A stretch of 64,000 bases of DNA from Leidyana gryllorum EB-2025a. Taxonomy: Eukaryota; Protista; Apicomplexa. The stretch spans positions 1-64,000 of the forward strand of contig JBLWGC010000121.1 in assembly GCA_048772705.1 (NCBI GenBank), given 5' to 3'. Position numbers and translations under genes: made by a program. Positions 37,651 to 48,760 of the stretch are shown here, one piece after another; the first letter of the stretch is position 1, and the number at the start of each line of letters is the position of its first letter. The notes beneath the pieces were generated by a model, which had not been told where the DNA came from, made no database searches, and worked only from the letters and a program-made list of their open reading frames with translations.

Positions 37651-38068
37651 CGCACACGTGTGTCACAGTGCTCCGGATATCCAACATCTTGTTGCCCAGT
37701 GGAGGTCCATTGCTTCAATGCTGCTTCAGGTGGGGACGGGAAGTCTAAGGAGTTGAGGTCGCCTCAATCAGAGGGAGAACGAAAGGAGGTGGTGGAGTGG
37801 GACACACAGTCAGACAGTCCGTTGGAATTGAGTGAGCAGAGTCATATAAAGTGGTGGCGAGCCAAAATCAGTGGCATGAAAGATCGCAATGCGGCGGATA
37901 TGGTCGTGAAAACGGTCCTTGAGTGGGTCTACCTTGAACATTGGTAAGGCGGGCAGAGTCTACTCACTGCCCGATTGTGGACGAGTGACATCAGAGTTTC
38001 TGTCCACATTGCAGTATTCAAATGGACTCGTTGTGCCTTTTATTTGTACCTCTTTCTGCATGTTGCTT

Positions 38069-40230
38069 TCAAGACTGATCACTCAAGGCGTTGGGGTGTA
38101 CCGCGAAGTTGAGCACAGGTAGAACCCGTACTCCTGCCCAAGCAGCGAGGAGATCAAATTCTTCGTGATGCAGTCTTCGTGCGAACCAGGCGCCGTTGAA
38201 GGGCATGTGTCCGACATAGTACTGCTGTAGTTCGGTCAAGGGGCGTGCCTCTTGAGGAACTTTGGCGAGTAGTTTGCGATACCATGTACGAAACTTGTGT
38301 TGGGTGAATGGGTCGAGACATCCGATATTCATGCCAGAGCTGGACTGTACGTGGGCGTCTGGCTCGAAGTACCAAGCGCGACAGCCGGTTCCACGGCCAT
38401 AATCGTCGACGGCTATGGGATTGGAGGCAGCATTCTCGAGATAATTATATCCCACTTGCAGATCGAGTTGGGCGCGGGTGGCTTTGGTGTACTGTCCGGA
38501 TATCATCTCGTAGATGGCTTCGTTCCAGACCCCACTGTAGAAAGCAACGCCTTGCGGTATCCAGCGGATAGTTCGGCCGGTGCGGGCCCAGATCTCATGC
38601 AGGACGACATAGAGTCGATATGCCCATTTCAACTCCCAGACGCAGTCGTGCATGACTATATATTGTATTGACATACTGTCCAGGAGCATCACCCAATTGT
38701 CGGCCTGGGCTGGGGTTCGGGGGATCAAGAAGCAGCGAGTGAGCATAACAGTGACACAGCCTTCTGGCCACGTCTTGGGTGCAGGAGAGTGCTCTGAGAG
38801 GCTCCTCCATGCGCCCTCGGCCAACTCCAGTCTCCTGAGATTGGAATTTCTGAGGATGGCAGCGAGGATTTGGGGATTCACCGCAGTTTCGTAACCTAAG
38901 CCGACGATAACTTGACAGTTTTCCAGAACATTAGTATTCAGGTCCTGTCCAAATTCGAAAATCACCGTTCCAGGTGGAGCCTCCCGACCGTCGTTCAGAG
39001 AGGCTTGCTCTGAACTCGCAGAAGGAGAGTGAATTATAGACGGCAACGGGTCCTCCAGAATCGGGACCCGTTCCAGTGTCGGCACAGCTCCATGAAGATC
39101 ACCGCCACTCGATCGAATGTGTTGATAAGCGGCACTGGCCGAGAAGAGTGGGGTGTAATAGGGCCCCACTGCCAAGTGTCTCTTCAACGGTTCAGGGAGG
39201 ACCGCACTCATACGGCCCCATAGCGCCCGCAGAATCGGCATCGCCACCTTCATCATCGTGGGCGTCCTGCGAGAGAGATGAGTGTCGTCGGGGGGGGAGG
39301 CCGTTGCAGGGGTCGCAGGGGAGGCCGTTGAAGGGGGGCTCACCATTGTGGACGGGAGGTACGTCGACTTTGCGCCCAGAGGTCTGGAGTGAGATCTGGT
39401 GGAGTCGAGATGCCAAGAACAGCGCAAGCTTCGATCCAGCGAGTGCAGTCGCCAGGACAGAGGCCGCACGGCAGTCGCACTGAGGGGAATCTGAGTGTTG
39501 GTGGTGTCTCCCTGTCTCTGTCTCTGTCTGTGGTGTCTTTGAGGGCGGTGAGATATTTGAGCCACTGGAGTACAGCGTCAATTTCACCGTACCACGATAC
39601 CTCCCATGTTGGGTTGGGTGAGAGGTTGAATTCTTCGCTTGCACGAGTGCGCGATATACCTATAGGTGAGGGTGGTGTCCCGTATTCATCGGGCGCGACT
39701 TCGATTTGGATACACTGAAGGTTTCGCGCTTCCAATATGCGGACCCCTTCAAGTGCCGAGGCTGATCCAATGAGGTATTCCATCGCGGGTGCTCTAATTT
39801 CCAGGTTGATGTCTCCGTCATAGCCGATCTCGAGCACTTGGAGGGAGGGGAAGCGTATGCAGTGCTTGGGGCAGGTGATTTCATCTTCGTGGCTGTGAGC
39901 GTAGAAGGCGAGGTGTTGAAGGGTGGCGGGGGCGTGCTGCAACACCGTTTCAATGCAGTGCGCGACCGCGCGGGAGGGGCGGCTCTCCAATCGGGCAATG
40001 AGCGATTGGACGCGATCGAGGCTGCGGTTGAGCCATTTTTCGGCCCAAGAGCAATAGAGAAACCAGTCATCAAGTTCGTGGCAGGCGCGTAGCCTCACGT
40101 CTATGGTGACGTGTTCATCATTGATGTAGTGAGAAAAGCCTTGACTTACTCGAGTCAAGCGAGCTATTTCGTAGATCTCTAGGAATGACAGTATCTGGCC
40201 CAGATATGGACTCTCAGCTGGGCGGTGCAT
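38069..40230 (-). CDS. F-box-like/LRR-like protein, about 694 aa, 2 exons
   Basis: The N-terminal PYLGQILSFLEIYEIARLTRVSQGF resembles an F-box, and FPSLQVLEI and LRRLEL are LRR-like. Intron 39267-39343 (GTGAGC...CGCAG) joins the two ORFs in frame. Confidence 0.6.
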
Positions 40231-40284
40231 TGCTAAGTCAACAAACAGAAGACCATCAAAAACATGCAGGTACCAAATACATTT

Positions 40285-41536
40285 CTACCAGTTGGTGGCA
40301 CCTAATACAAACAATAGGCATGAATATGTACCCAGCAGTGCTGCTCTCCAGTGAGCTTCAGAGCATAAGGGGCAGTGTCCCATTTCTTTGCTGTACAATT
40401 CGATAAGTAGCCGTCGCAAGCGTCCGGACCCCACGCGACTGGATGCAAGGCGTCTGAGAGAGTGAAAAGTCTCACAGCCACAGCATCCAACAGGGCCGCT
40501 TGACAACGACGTGCAACTTTAATGAGAGTAGTGAAATCCCCTCGACTCCCATTATGTCGCAACAGATTGATCTCCAGAATCTTACGTTTAGGGCACAGCC
40601 ACCAATTAATGAACGAAGGACAACTTCGCGTCAAGTCGTCCGCTTTCACCGGCAGCCAGCACCCATGATACCGTGGCGGCGGTATCTGACGCTGCGCAAA
40701 CTGGAGTCGCTCCCTCGCCACCAATCGTGTGGCTCTGCGACGACAAAAGCCTCCTCACATGTCCCAATGACCCAAACTTACACCGAGGGATCTGTTAGGA
40801 AAAATAACGCTCGAGCTCGTCGAAGCTCATCCTTCAATGCCTCCGCGTGGCAGGCAATCAGTCGCTCTAAAACCGCATTCCGATAAGGTTCTCCAGGTCG
40901 AGAAGCGGTCGCCGCAATCAGCTGGGCGCCTACGCCACGGGCATGTTGTACAATAGAGTCTGACAAGGGGCTGAAGTAAAACTGCCCATCATGCGGCTGC
41001 TGCAGCGTGAACCCGAACCGCAAGTAATACGAGCCGACAGCTGAAAACAACAACATCGCCAACATGTCCGTCAACCCATTCTTGACAACCTCAATCACCC
41101 GCTCCAAACTTTCCGTCCCCAAACCTTGCCTCCGCCGATCCTCTCTAACCGCCAACCCAGCAACCGATGCGATCTTCTGTCGCAGACACATCCCATATCA
41201 GACAAAAACTACCCTCCTTACCCAAACAAGCAGAATCCCTTCTTCATCGGAACATATCACAGGCTTCAATGCGAGCACAACTGTGGCCAAGGGGAACTCG
41301 CCACTGTTGTCGGCCGCTGATGAACCGGTGACTTCCGTTGGCGTTCTTCCACTCTCCTCCTCCAATACATAGGTCAATAAGTCTCTTTCTCCTCCGTCCT
41401 CCCGTCCGTACCATAGTCGCAATACAGCAGAATACTGAGCTGATGTGATCTCCCGAGCAAAGTAATGGTGTAACAACGCCCAGGCCTTAGCTTCACTCGG
41501 CCCATCAGGTTCGCTCAGTGTCCATTGATTCGGCAT
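40285..41536 (-). CDS. GNAT-family N-acetyltransferase, multi-exon
   Basis: Acetyl-CoA motif A in VAGLAVREDRRRQGLG, followed by YYLRFGF. The 3' end is approximate. Confidence 0.7.
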
Positions 41537-41573
41537 TGCGGTCTTTTTTTGATCTACCACTCTGATTTCTATC

Positions 41574-44500
41574 TCAAACAAAGAAGTGCATCCCTCCTGT
41601 GCTCTCAATCATGGCCAAATCTGCAGCCATCGCCTCACAGAATCGCCGGATTGCACCTTCAGTAGCCACCTTCGGTTGTCTAGATCCGGCTTGAGACGCC
41701 TGGTCCGTCATCACACTCATACCCAACTCTCTCCGGGCAATCGGGTCCATCACAACGCGAATTCGATCCGCAAGTCGATGGGCGTGATAGATCGGAGTGG
41801 GTACGGACACCGCACATTGGCACGGCCCGTACAAGTATGAGAGCTCGAACATCAGACGTCCGTATGTTCTAACCATCTCAACTTTGTTCAATCCTTTGAA
41901 AGCCGGTATCTTCGGGGTGATCTCATCTTTGAGCACCACGAATCGAGCAGGTCGAGATGTTCCCATCAGTCCTTTATGACTGATCAGATAAAAATTAGGC
42001 TGCGGGATTGGCATTGTTAAACAATCTTTCACCAATGTACCCGGAGCCAAATTCGATCCAAATGCGTCCTTGTCGAACAAACGTGTGTGATGACGTTTGC
42101 GAACCGCTATCGCCATCACCAGCGGTACGTCTTGACCATTGACCGTGTAAGCCGATTTGAGCTGCTCCACCTCCGCTTCCAGCACTCTGTCCTTCTCACC
42201 ATCAGACACACCATCACGCAGATATATGACACGTCGAGGCCATTTGTCCTTATTCATGGCGAATTGACGCTGCTCCATGACTGCGGTCACCATTCGTCCA
42301 AAGTCATTGATAATGTCGTGACCGCCGAGTTGAGCTTGGGCAGCGTGAACATAGGCCGTCCCATCGGCATCCGCGGAACCAACTAACGCCGCTACACTCG
42401 GAAGACTTTCCCTAGGCATATCCAAGGCGCCTCGAGGGACGGGCAGACAGAGGTCAGCACCCATCAATATAGTGTCGCCATTGGGATCGACGTATTTCTC
42501 GAAGACGGTCGATCCGTCCCGACATAAGCTATGACACCCGCCGCCGAGTTTGAGTTGCAGACTTGCAAGAATCAGTCCCAGGTGTTTCGGCGCATTAGGC
42601 TTCCCATTGAGGATTGGCGTTTTCGGGACCACAAGGACTTGGGAAGGTAAGAAACCGTCTAGGTTTTGTTTGATGGCATTGTACCATTCAGGTCCGTTAT
42701 CGGGCACGAACGCAAGGACAATACATAGACGTTGACCCTCGGGTTTGGTATCATTGAGCTCCTTCATTCTCACCCTGGCGACAGCCAGGTCAGCGTAGGT
42801 CTTTGCATTGAACACGAGGCCAACCTGTCGGCTCAATTTCATTCGCATCTGGTTGTTGCCTTGTTCCATCAAAGCTGTTTGCGAGAGTGATGATTAGAGG
42901 TGGAGGGCATTTTTCTCTGATACTTACCAGCGAAGAATTCCTTCATCCGCCCTTCTCTCAACTGGTCATCACAATTGACGATCGCCCAACTTCCCTTCAT
43001 CGTCACTCCGTGGATCAGAGCATTGTCGGCGAGATTCCATGCCCCATCAAGTGGTCGTACCCTCTTGCCGCGGCCAGAGGGGTCCAGGTATGCAAGAGAG
43101 GGTGCAGGAAGCTGTTCTGCAGTCACTTGGAGAGCTTCGTGAGTCAATTCAATGCCAAAGTCTTCGAGGACATCCGCTCCTCCGAAGACTTCAGCTACCG
43201 AGTCCTGGATCCACTCCTTTCTCTTTCCCGGCGGCATGGTGAGCGCCTTTTGATATATGTTGGTGAGGTGAGCTTTGAGTTGATGCTCGCAGGTTTGACG
43301 TGTGACATTGAGAAGCTCGAAGGGGATGAAGGTGCCTCGTCTGGCGGGAGCCTCAACACACAGCGGGGCGTTGGGGTACTTGAGAGTGATGTCGTACTTT
43401 TGTTTGAAGTACTGCGCAACAGTAACTTGGCGATCGTCATACGTGAACTTGTGAGTGTTAGCACTGAGCGTCTCAGAGATCCCGGCCAGTTTGATCTTTC
43501 GATGTGACAGATGGGTCTGGCGATACCGCAGACCCATGAGTTCACGGTTGATGGTTCTCAGATCTCGTCCGGCAACCGGGCATCGCAGTTGAGAGAGATC
43601 GATCTGAGTTCTCGCTAAGATGTATTCACGGACAGGCAGTTCGGGAATTCCCACAGCGCCAGTAGAGTCGAGAGCCAAAGTCAGTACTTTTCCCTTCGGA
43701 GTCGCTGTCAACTGGACGCCTTGATTATATCCCAAGAACATTTTATACGGTTCCATACGTTGGATGGGGAGCTCAAACTTTCTACTGTCCACCAAATATG
43801 TCCGTGCGCCCTTCATATCACAGCGCATGAGGGCAGCCCCTTTGGCTACAATCTCCAACGCTGCCAAGCACGGATCAGATTCCCCAGTTCCCTTGTACAC
43901 AGCTCTCGGATCAATGGATTCCTGGGGGCTGACAGTAATTGTGACCGTTCCTTTGCGGCCGAACTCGATGACTTCGACAAAGTTCATCTTTGCAGTGGCA
44001 ATGAGCTTCTTGTCACCATCATAAGCCGGATGCCTCGGGATATTCCGTCGCCGGAAAGCTTCTATCATCAACTCCATTCGATCCAGCGTGTTCAACTCTG
44101 GCGGAGGGGTACCGGGCTCAGTAGTGGTTGCTTTCGCAGGAGTCTCTTCTTTTTCTTCTGCGGGAGGCGGAGGAGCGGCCGCACGTCCACCCTTCTTTCC
44201 GCCTTTGGCCCCCTTCTTGGCCGCCGCTGTCTTCGCGGCCGCCGGGTCGCGGGCTGCCACCACCATCTCAACGAGATGGACCCATTGGGTTGGAGCATCT
44301 TTGCGAATGGCAAGTTGGAAGTGGTTGCTGACAGCAGTGAACTCGCCAACCTCACGGTGCACCACAACTGGGTCGCGAGGGGCGCCACCTCCGCCTCGGC
44401 CGCCACGATAGCCACCGTCTCCACCTCCGCGGCCACCCCGGTAACCTCCATCTCCCCCTCCGCGTCCCCCACGGTAACCCCCGTCTCCACCTCCGCGTCC

Positions 44501-44629
44501 CCCACGGTAGCCCCCGTCTCCACCACCTCCACGGCCACCTCGGTAACCGCCATCTCCGCCTCCACGGCCACCGCGGTAGCCACCATCACCGCCTCGACCC
44601 CGACCTCTGCCTCCGCGACCGCGATCCAT
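41574..44629 (-). CDS. AGO: Argonaute (RGG-N-PAZ-MID-PIWI), 1000 aa, 2 exons
   Basis: PAZ shows TVAQYFKQKYDITLKYP...FIPFELL. MID shows Y/K/SQ/K (WYNAIK, PSQ, LKLGG). PIWI shows GAD, RDGVSDG, VRKRHHTRLF, GTSRP and VSVPTPIYHAH. The intron lies at 42875-42927. Confidence 0.96.
44395..44625 (-). repeat. Coding tandem repeat (GGDGGYRGGRG, about 6 copies), the RGG domain of Argonaute
   Basis: Imperfect units of about 33-36 nt seen directly in the sequence. Confidence 0.9.
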
Positions 44630-45142
44630 TGTAGAGTGTGAGGAGAGCGTCGAAATATACAAATTCAGCGAAGAATTGTTTGTATTGCGCCACGTAGGGT
44701 TTAGGTGGGAGACGAAACCGCGGTCTCACTGGCTGGAAAAAAAACGTCTGGGCGCGGTCTGGGGAGTGATCACTAAGACTGTGGCTGAGGGGGTGGGTAC
44801 TTTCGAGGGCACACACACTCTACATTTCTGACGCTCGACCACCGTTAATCAACAACAATTCGACCTACGGACATCCCAAACGAACGAAGCCCAACGACAC
44901 AGAGAAAATGGGTATAACAGTAGAAATGACAAAATCGGTTCGTAGTACAGAGCTGTTCCAGGGTGCCCGTTCAGAGACAGACAGACAGTGATCAGCAGCA
45001 GGAGCGGCAGCAGCACTTCTCCAGTACGGCGGACAGCTCGGGGGCGGCTGGGATTACTGTTTTTGAGCGGACGACACCAATAATAACAATAAGTCAGTCC
45101 GCTCACTCTCTCTCTCTCTCGCTGTCTCTCGGGGGCCCTCCT

Positions 45143-46186
45143 TTAATCGCGATGAGAGCTGAAATCAAATGTGTTCTGTTTGTCTGCGGGCGACGTATCG
45201 ACTATAGTCCGTTTGAGCTTTTTGATGTCGACGAGATAAGTGAAAGGGTCGACAACGTCCGTTCGTCCGGCCACCGCGGCCATATCGGCCTTGCTGCTGT
45301 CCGTACACCAAGTTTTCGCGCATGGACACGTGTTTGTCTCCTTCAAGTCCAGGTCCTCTCCACATACGCCGCAGTGCACAATCGCAAAGTGCTTCGCAAT
45401 TAGCACCGAGCTGAGCCCGTGCTCCTGCTCAAGGTGCGCAGTCAAGGACGACCAGCTCTCTGTCCTGTGTGCTTTACTTCCACACAGAGCGCAACGGTAC
45501 CGCTGTCGCGCCTCACTCCAGTCGACTGGGTGATGGTAATACATCAACAGCGGCAACGTATCCTGCACGACTTTGGTCACTTCCGGCGAGAAGGTCGCCG
45601 CGTCCAAGTCCTCCACTCTCCGTCTCAACACAGTTTTAATCATCCGCCCAGTCTGGGCGTCTGTCGACGCTGCACCGCGTGTATGGGGTGGGGAGGCGAT
45701 GGGGGGGGTGGGGGGACTTTTGGGACTTTGGGTCTTTGGGTGGGACTTTTGGGACTGTGGGTGGGACTTTTGGGACTGTGGGTGGGACTTTTGGGACTTT
45801 GGGTGGGACTTTTGGGACTTACGAGGGTATTGGACGTGGCATCGATGTTCAGGATGGACTGTAGTGAACTGGGTTCCAATGTAGACGACGAACTGTTTGG
45901 AGGCGTCCTGATGCTTAATTCGTCCAACAATCTCATTTTGATCAGTAAAAATCCTCATTTCACCATTGTGTTGGCGGATGTCGCAGCGTATCAACGGGTC
46001 ATCGCACATGGCCCGAATTGTCCGGTAGGGGACCTCGGAAGCAGCGAGACGATAGATTAGGGGGTATTCAGTGGTCTTTTGTTGCTGTTGCGGGCTGTTT
46101 GCGGCAGGGGCCACTGATATGAGGTCCGGGAGGACGACGAGGAAGACATCGGGTGAATATGATATACGGCTGCAAGAGCTGCCCAT
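45143..46186 (-). CDS. Hypothetical protein with an N-acylation motif (MGSSCS), a KSQKSHP repeat and a C-terminal Cys/His zinc-finger-like region
   Basis: Uninterrupted ORF containing CxxC...HxxxxH...CxxC...CxC. Confidence 0.6.
   Translation of the reverse strand: MGSSCSRISYSPDVFLVVLPDLISVAPAANSPQQQQKTTEYPLIYRLAASEVPYRTIRAMCDDPLIRCDIRQHNGEMRIFTDQNEIVGRIKHQDASKQFVVYIGTQFTTVHPEHRCHVQYPRKSQKSHPKSQKSHPQSQKSHPQSQKSHPKTQSPKSPPTPPIASPPHTRGAASTDAQTGRMIKTVLRRRVEDLDAATFSPEVTKVVQDTLPLLMYYHHPVDWSEARQRYRCALCGSKAHRTESWSSLTAHLEQEHGLSSVLIAKHFAIVHCGVCGEDLDLKETNTCPCAKTWCTDSSKADMAAVAGRTDVVDPFTYLVDIKKLKRTIVDTSPADKQNTFDFSSHRD
45713..45820 (+). repeat. 21-bp G-rich minisatellite (GGGTGGGACTTTTGGGACTKT), about 4-5 copies
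   Basis: Direct tandem units at 45738, 45759, 45780 and 45801, plus a degenerate copy upstream. Confidence 0.9.
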
Positions 46187-47279
46187 CTTTGTTGTTTGGG
46201 AGACGGCTAGCTGCTTTGTTGTGCGTGCTAGAGACACAAATACTGATGCAGGGAGTCAGGGTAACAGGCAAGCAGGCAAAGAAACAGCGTTAATCTTGCT
46301 TCGCGTCATATGCCCATTGATGGCAGCATTCGATTCTAGGTGGCGTCTGGAGGTTAGACGGAGGTTGATGCTGCTGCTGCACTGCGGCAGCACCCTCCAG
46401 CGCAGACAATGCGGCGAGTAAAGCGGCAGACGGATGAGCCACTAAATCACGTTTCCGCGCACCTCCGTGCTTCCGGCCACCTCGCCGCCCACGCTTGCGT
46501 GTGCGCTTCTTCCCGTCATGTGGCGGGTTTAAGAGTTGCTGAGAGAGCGAGGGTGAAAGCCGAGGGGTGTGATTCTCAAAAAGGGTGCCAGAGTGACACG
46601 AAAGGGGCGACGCGCTGTTCACGGACAGAGACGAGTCCATCCGCGGAGGGACGCGGTCCGTCGGCTCGGAATAAAGATCATACGGCGCCGCCCAGGCCCG
46701 CGCTCCCGACAGCGAATGCGGCCTGCGCCACGGTATCAACGGCGGCGGCCTGCCAGGAAGGAGGGTCAATATCCACGCTTTCCGCCACACACACTCACTT
46801 GAGACTGTCACAACTGTCGGTGACTTTCAACAGCGGGCTTGGCAGTGGGACTGGCGGAACCAGTCCGTGAGGACTGCCGTCCTTGTTGCGTGTAGCAGGG
46901 GAGTGCGGGCAAGGGAGTATTTGAGGGGTTTGAGTGGGAGGACTGACGTGGACTTCATTGTATTGTTTGATCAACCGATTTATACTCGACTCCGCGGTAG
47001 GCTGATCCCAAGAAGACAACACTTCCGACTGCTCACACGGCGCCGGCGGTCGTGCATTTGGAACACAAAGGGAAGGACCCCACGTCACTTCACTTGTAAA
47101 TGATCGCGACATCGTCAACGATGATTGTGAAGGCGTTGGAGGCATTATGTCCGAGTGAATAAGTCGTCGTACCCGCTCATCCTTCTTTCCCACCTCAGAA
47201 CTGCAACAACGTTCCATACATATGCTCCCACTGGGTCGTCTTCGTCGAGTTGGAGTCACCGCTCGTCCGATGCTGCTGC

Positions 47280-48010
47280 ACAAACACACACAGAATGACC
47301 CATCAGCCGACCAGTGTGGGAAAGAAAGACACACACCACACTCAGCACTCACAACAAGTCTTTCCAACACCCACAAAGTGCCGCACTTTTATCACGTTCC
47401 AGTACACACACACACGCAAAGGAACACTCACACACAAACGAACACCCACACACATCCACACAGTCACGGACCACAGGGGGCAGGCGACACGGGTACACAG
47501 GTCTATCACGGAGAAGCTCCCAGACGGCAGCAGACAGCCGAGCTTCTCTAAGAGTTGGTTACCCAAGTACGTAGCCAGACGCAAAGCAGTAGAGAACAGT
47601 GACGGAACGGACGGACAGCCAGCAGCAGCGACATGCTGTGTTGATCAGAAGTAGCGTTCGCAGACGGTAAAGGTGACGACGGACGGACGGACGGACGGAC
47701 GTTAATGTTGACGGACAGACAGACGGTAAAGGTGACGAACGAATGGTAGAGTTGACGGTAACGACCACGAAGACTGTACTAGAAGGAAGATCACGGGACA
47801 GAGTATGTAGAACGGTGTAGAGAACTGCTCACTAAGCTATGGCGATCACGGACTATTGGTCAGTGAGCAGTCGAAGTAGCGGTAGTGGCCATGTGTCCAG
47901 TCCCCATGGAGCGAGACACGGAAGTGCAAAGGAGGCGACGGAGGAAGAGGAAGAGGAGGAAGACAGAGACAGCAGAGGAGATGAATGAGAGAGAGAGAGA
48001 GAAAGAAAGA
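47280..48010. repeat. Low-complexity region with (CA)n, (GACG)n and (GA)n microsatellites
   Basis: CA-rich at 47280-47465, GACG repeats at about 47678-47700, GA repeats at about 47985-48010. Confidence 0.7.
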
Positions 48011-48095
48011 GTGTTCATCACATTAATGACAACGAGAAACGACAAGGGAGCCACAATGGCGGCGAACCAAAGATATGATGACAGACCCAAAGTAC

Positions 48096-48708
48096 TTACC
48101 GATATTCTCGTATCTCGTTCTCCAACATTTCCACACGGTTGCGAAGCATCCGATTCTGTTCTTCGAGCTCTTTGAGACGGTCCTGTGATGCACTCCCTAT
48201 TGACCCACTCAAAGAACTTAGTTGACGTACAGTGAGGAAGTGATGCCTCTGAAAGTCCCAATCCCAGCTCAAGTCGGCGGCTTTGCCGCCAGCACTGAGG
48301 TGTCCCTCAATAGAATTTGGATACTGCTCGTCGGTGTTCTGTGTAGTGGAATGATCTGGTAAGTATGCGGCGGAGTCATCGTTTCCGGGGCTCCAGATGT
48401 CGTTGCTATCAAAATGGAGGCTCTGTAAATCGGCGAGCGTGACTGAGCTCTTGCGAGTTAGACGGAAGTGCAGGGGAATCGGTCGGTTCGTGAGGACGCG
48501 ACAAAGCGGGCACTCAATGAGGTCATCCGCAGCCACAAGGTGGTTGCTTCGCCAGATGTCTATGCTGCTCACGGGGGACCAATGGGGGGGGTGGGGAGGG
48601 GTCACCGACTTACCATGGCTGATGGAAAACGTGGCCGCATATCGGCAATGTGGTTAAGTTGGAACTCAGATGGTTACAGCAAATTGGACATTCTGGCTGA
48701 AGGGGCAT
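48096..48708 (-). CDS. RING-H2 plus coiled-coil E3 ligase, TRAIP-like (copy A; further 3' exons likely)
   Basis: MPLQPECPICC...CGHVFHQPC/IDIW...CPLCR across intron 48565-48613, followed by the coiled coil RLKELEEQNRMLRNRVEMLENEIRE. Confidence 0.8.
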
Positions 48709-48760
48709 TTCGCGAAAAAATGATCCATCCATTGGGGCGACGCGATCTGTCGCAACCAAC

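Noticed and set aside
39340-39346. Apparent prokaryote-like stop/start overlap (ATGGTGA) between two ORFs
   Set aside because: GTGAGC here is a splice donor, and intron 39267-39343 joins both ORFs in frame.
42869-42927. Apparent split Argonaute (separate PAZ and PIWI ORFs, as in prokaryotic short or split pAgo systems)
   Set aside because: A 53-nt GTAAGT...CAG intron restores one eukaryotic-type Ago.
38069-44629. Argonaute-GNAT-F-box cluster as an operon-like defence system
   Set aside because: Tight co-directional spacing is general in this window, and there is no evidence of functional linkage.
45713-45820. G-rich repeat as a CRISPR array or interstitial telomere
   Set aside because: There are no unique spacers and no cas genes. 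The unit is 21 bp, in frame in a CDS, and is not TTTAGGG.
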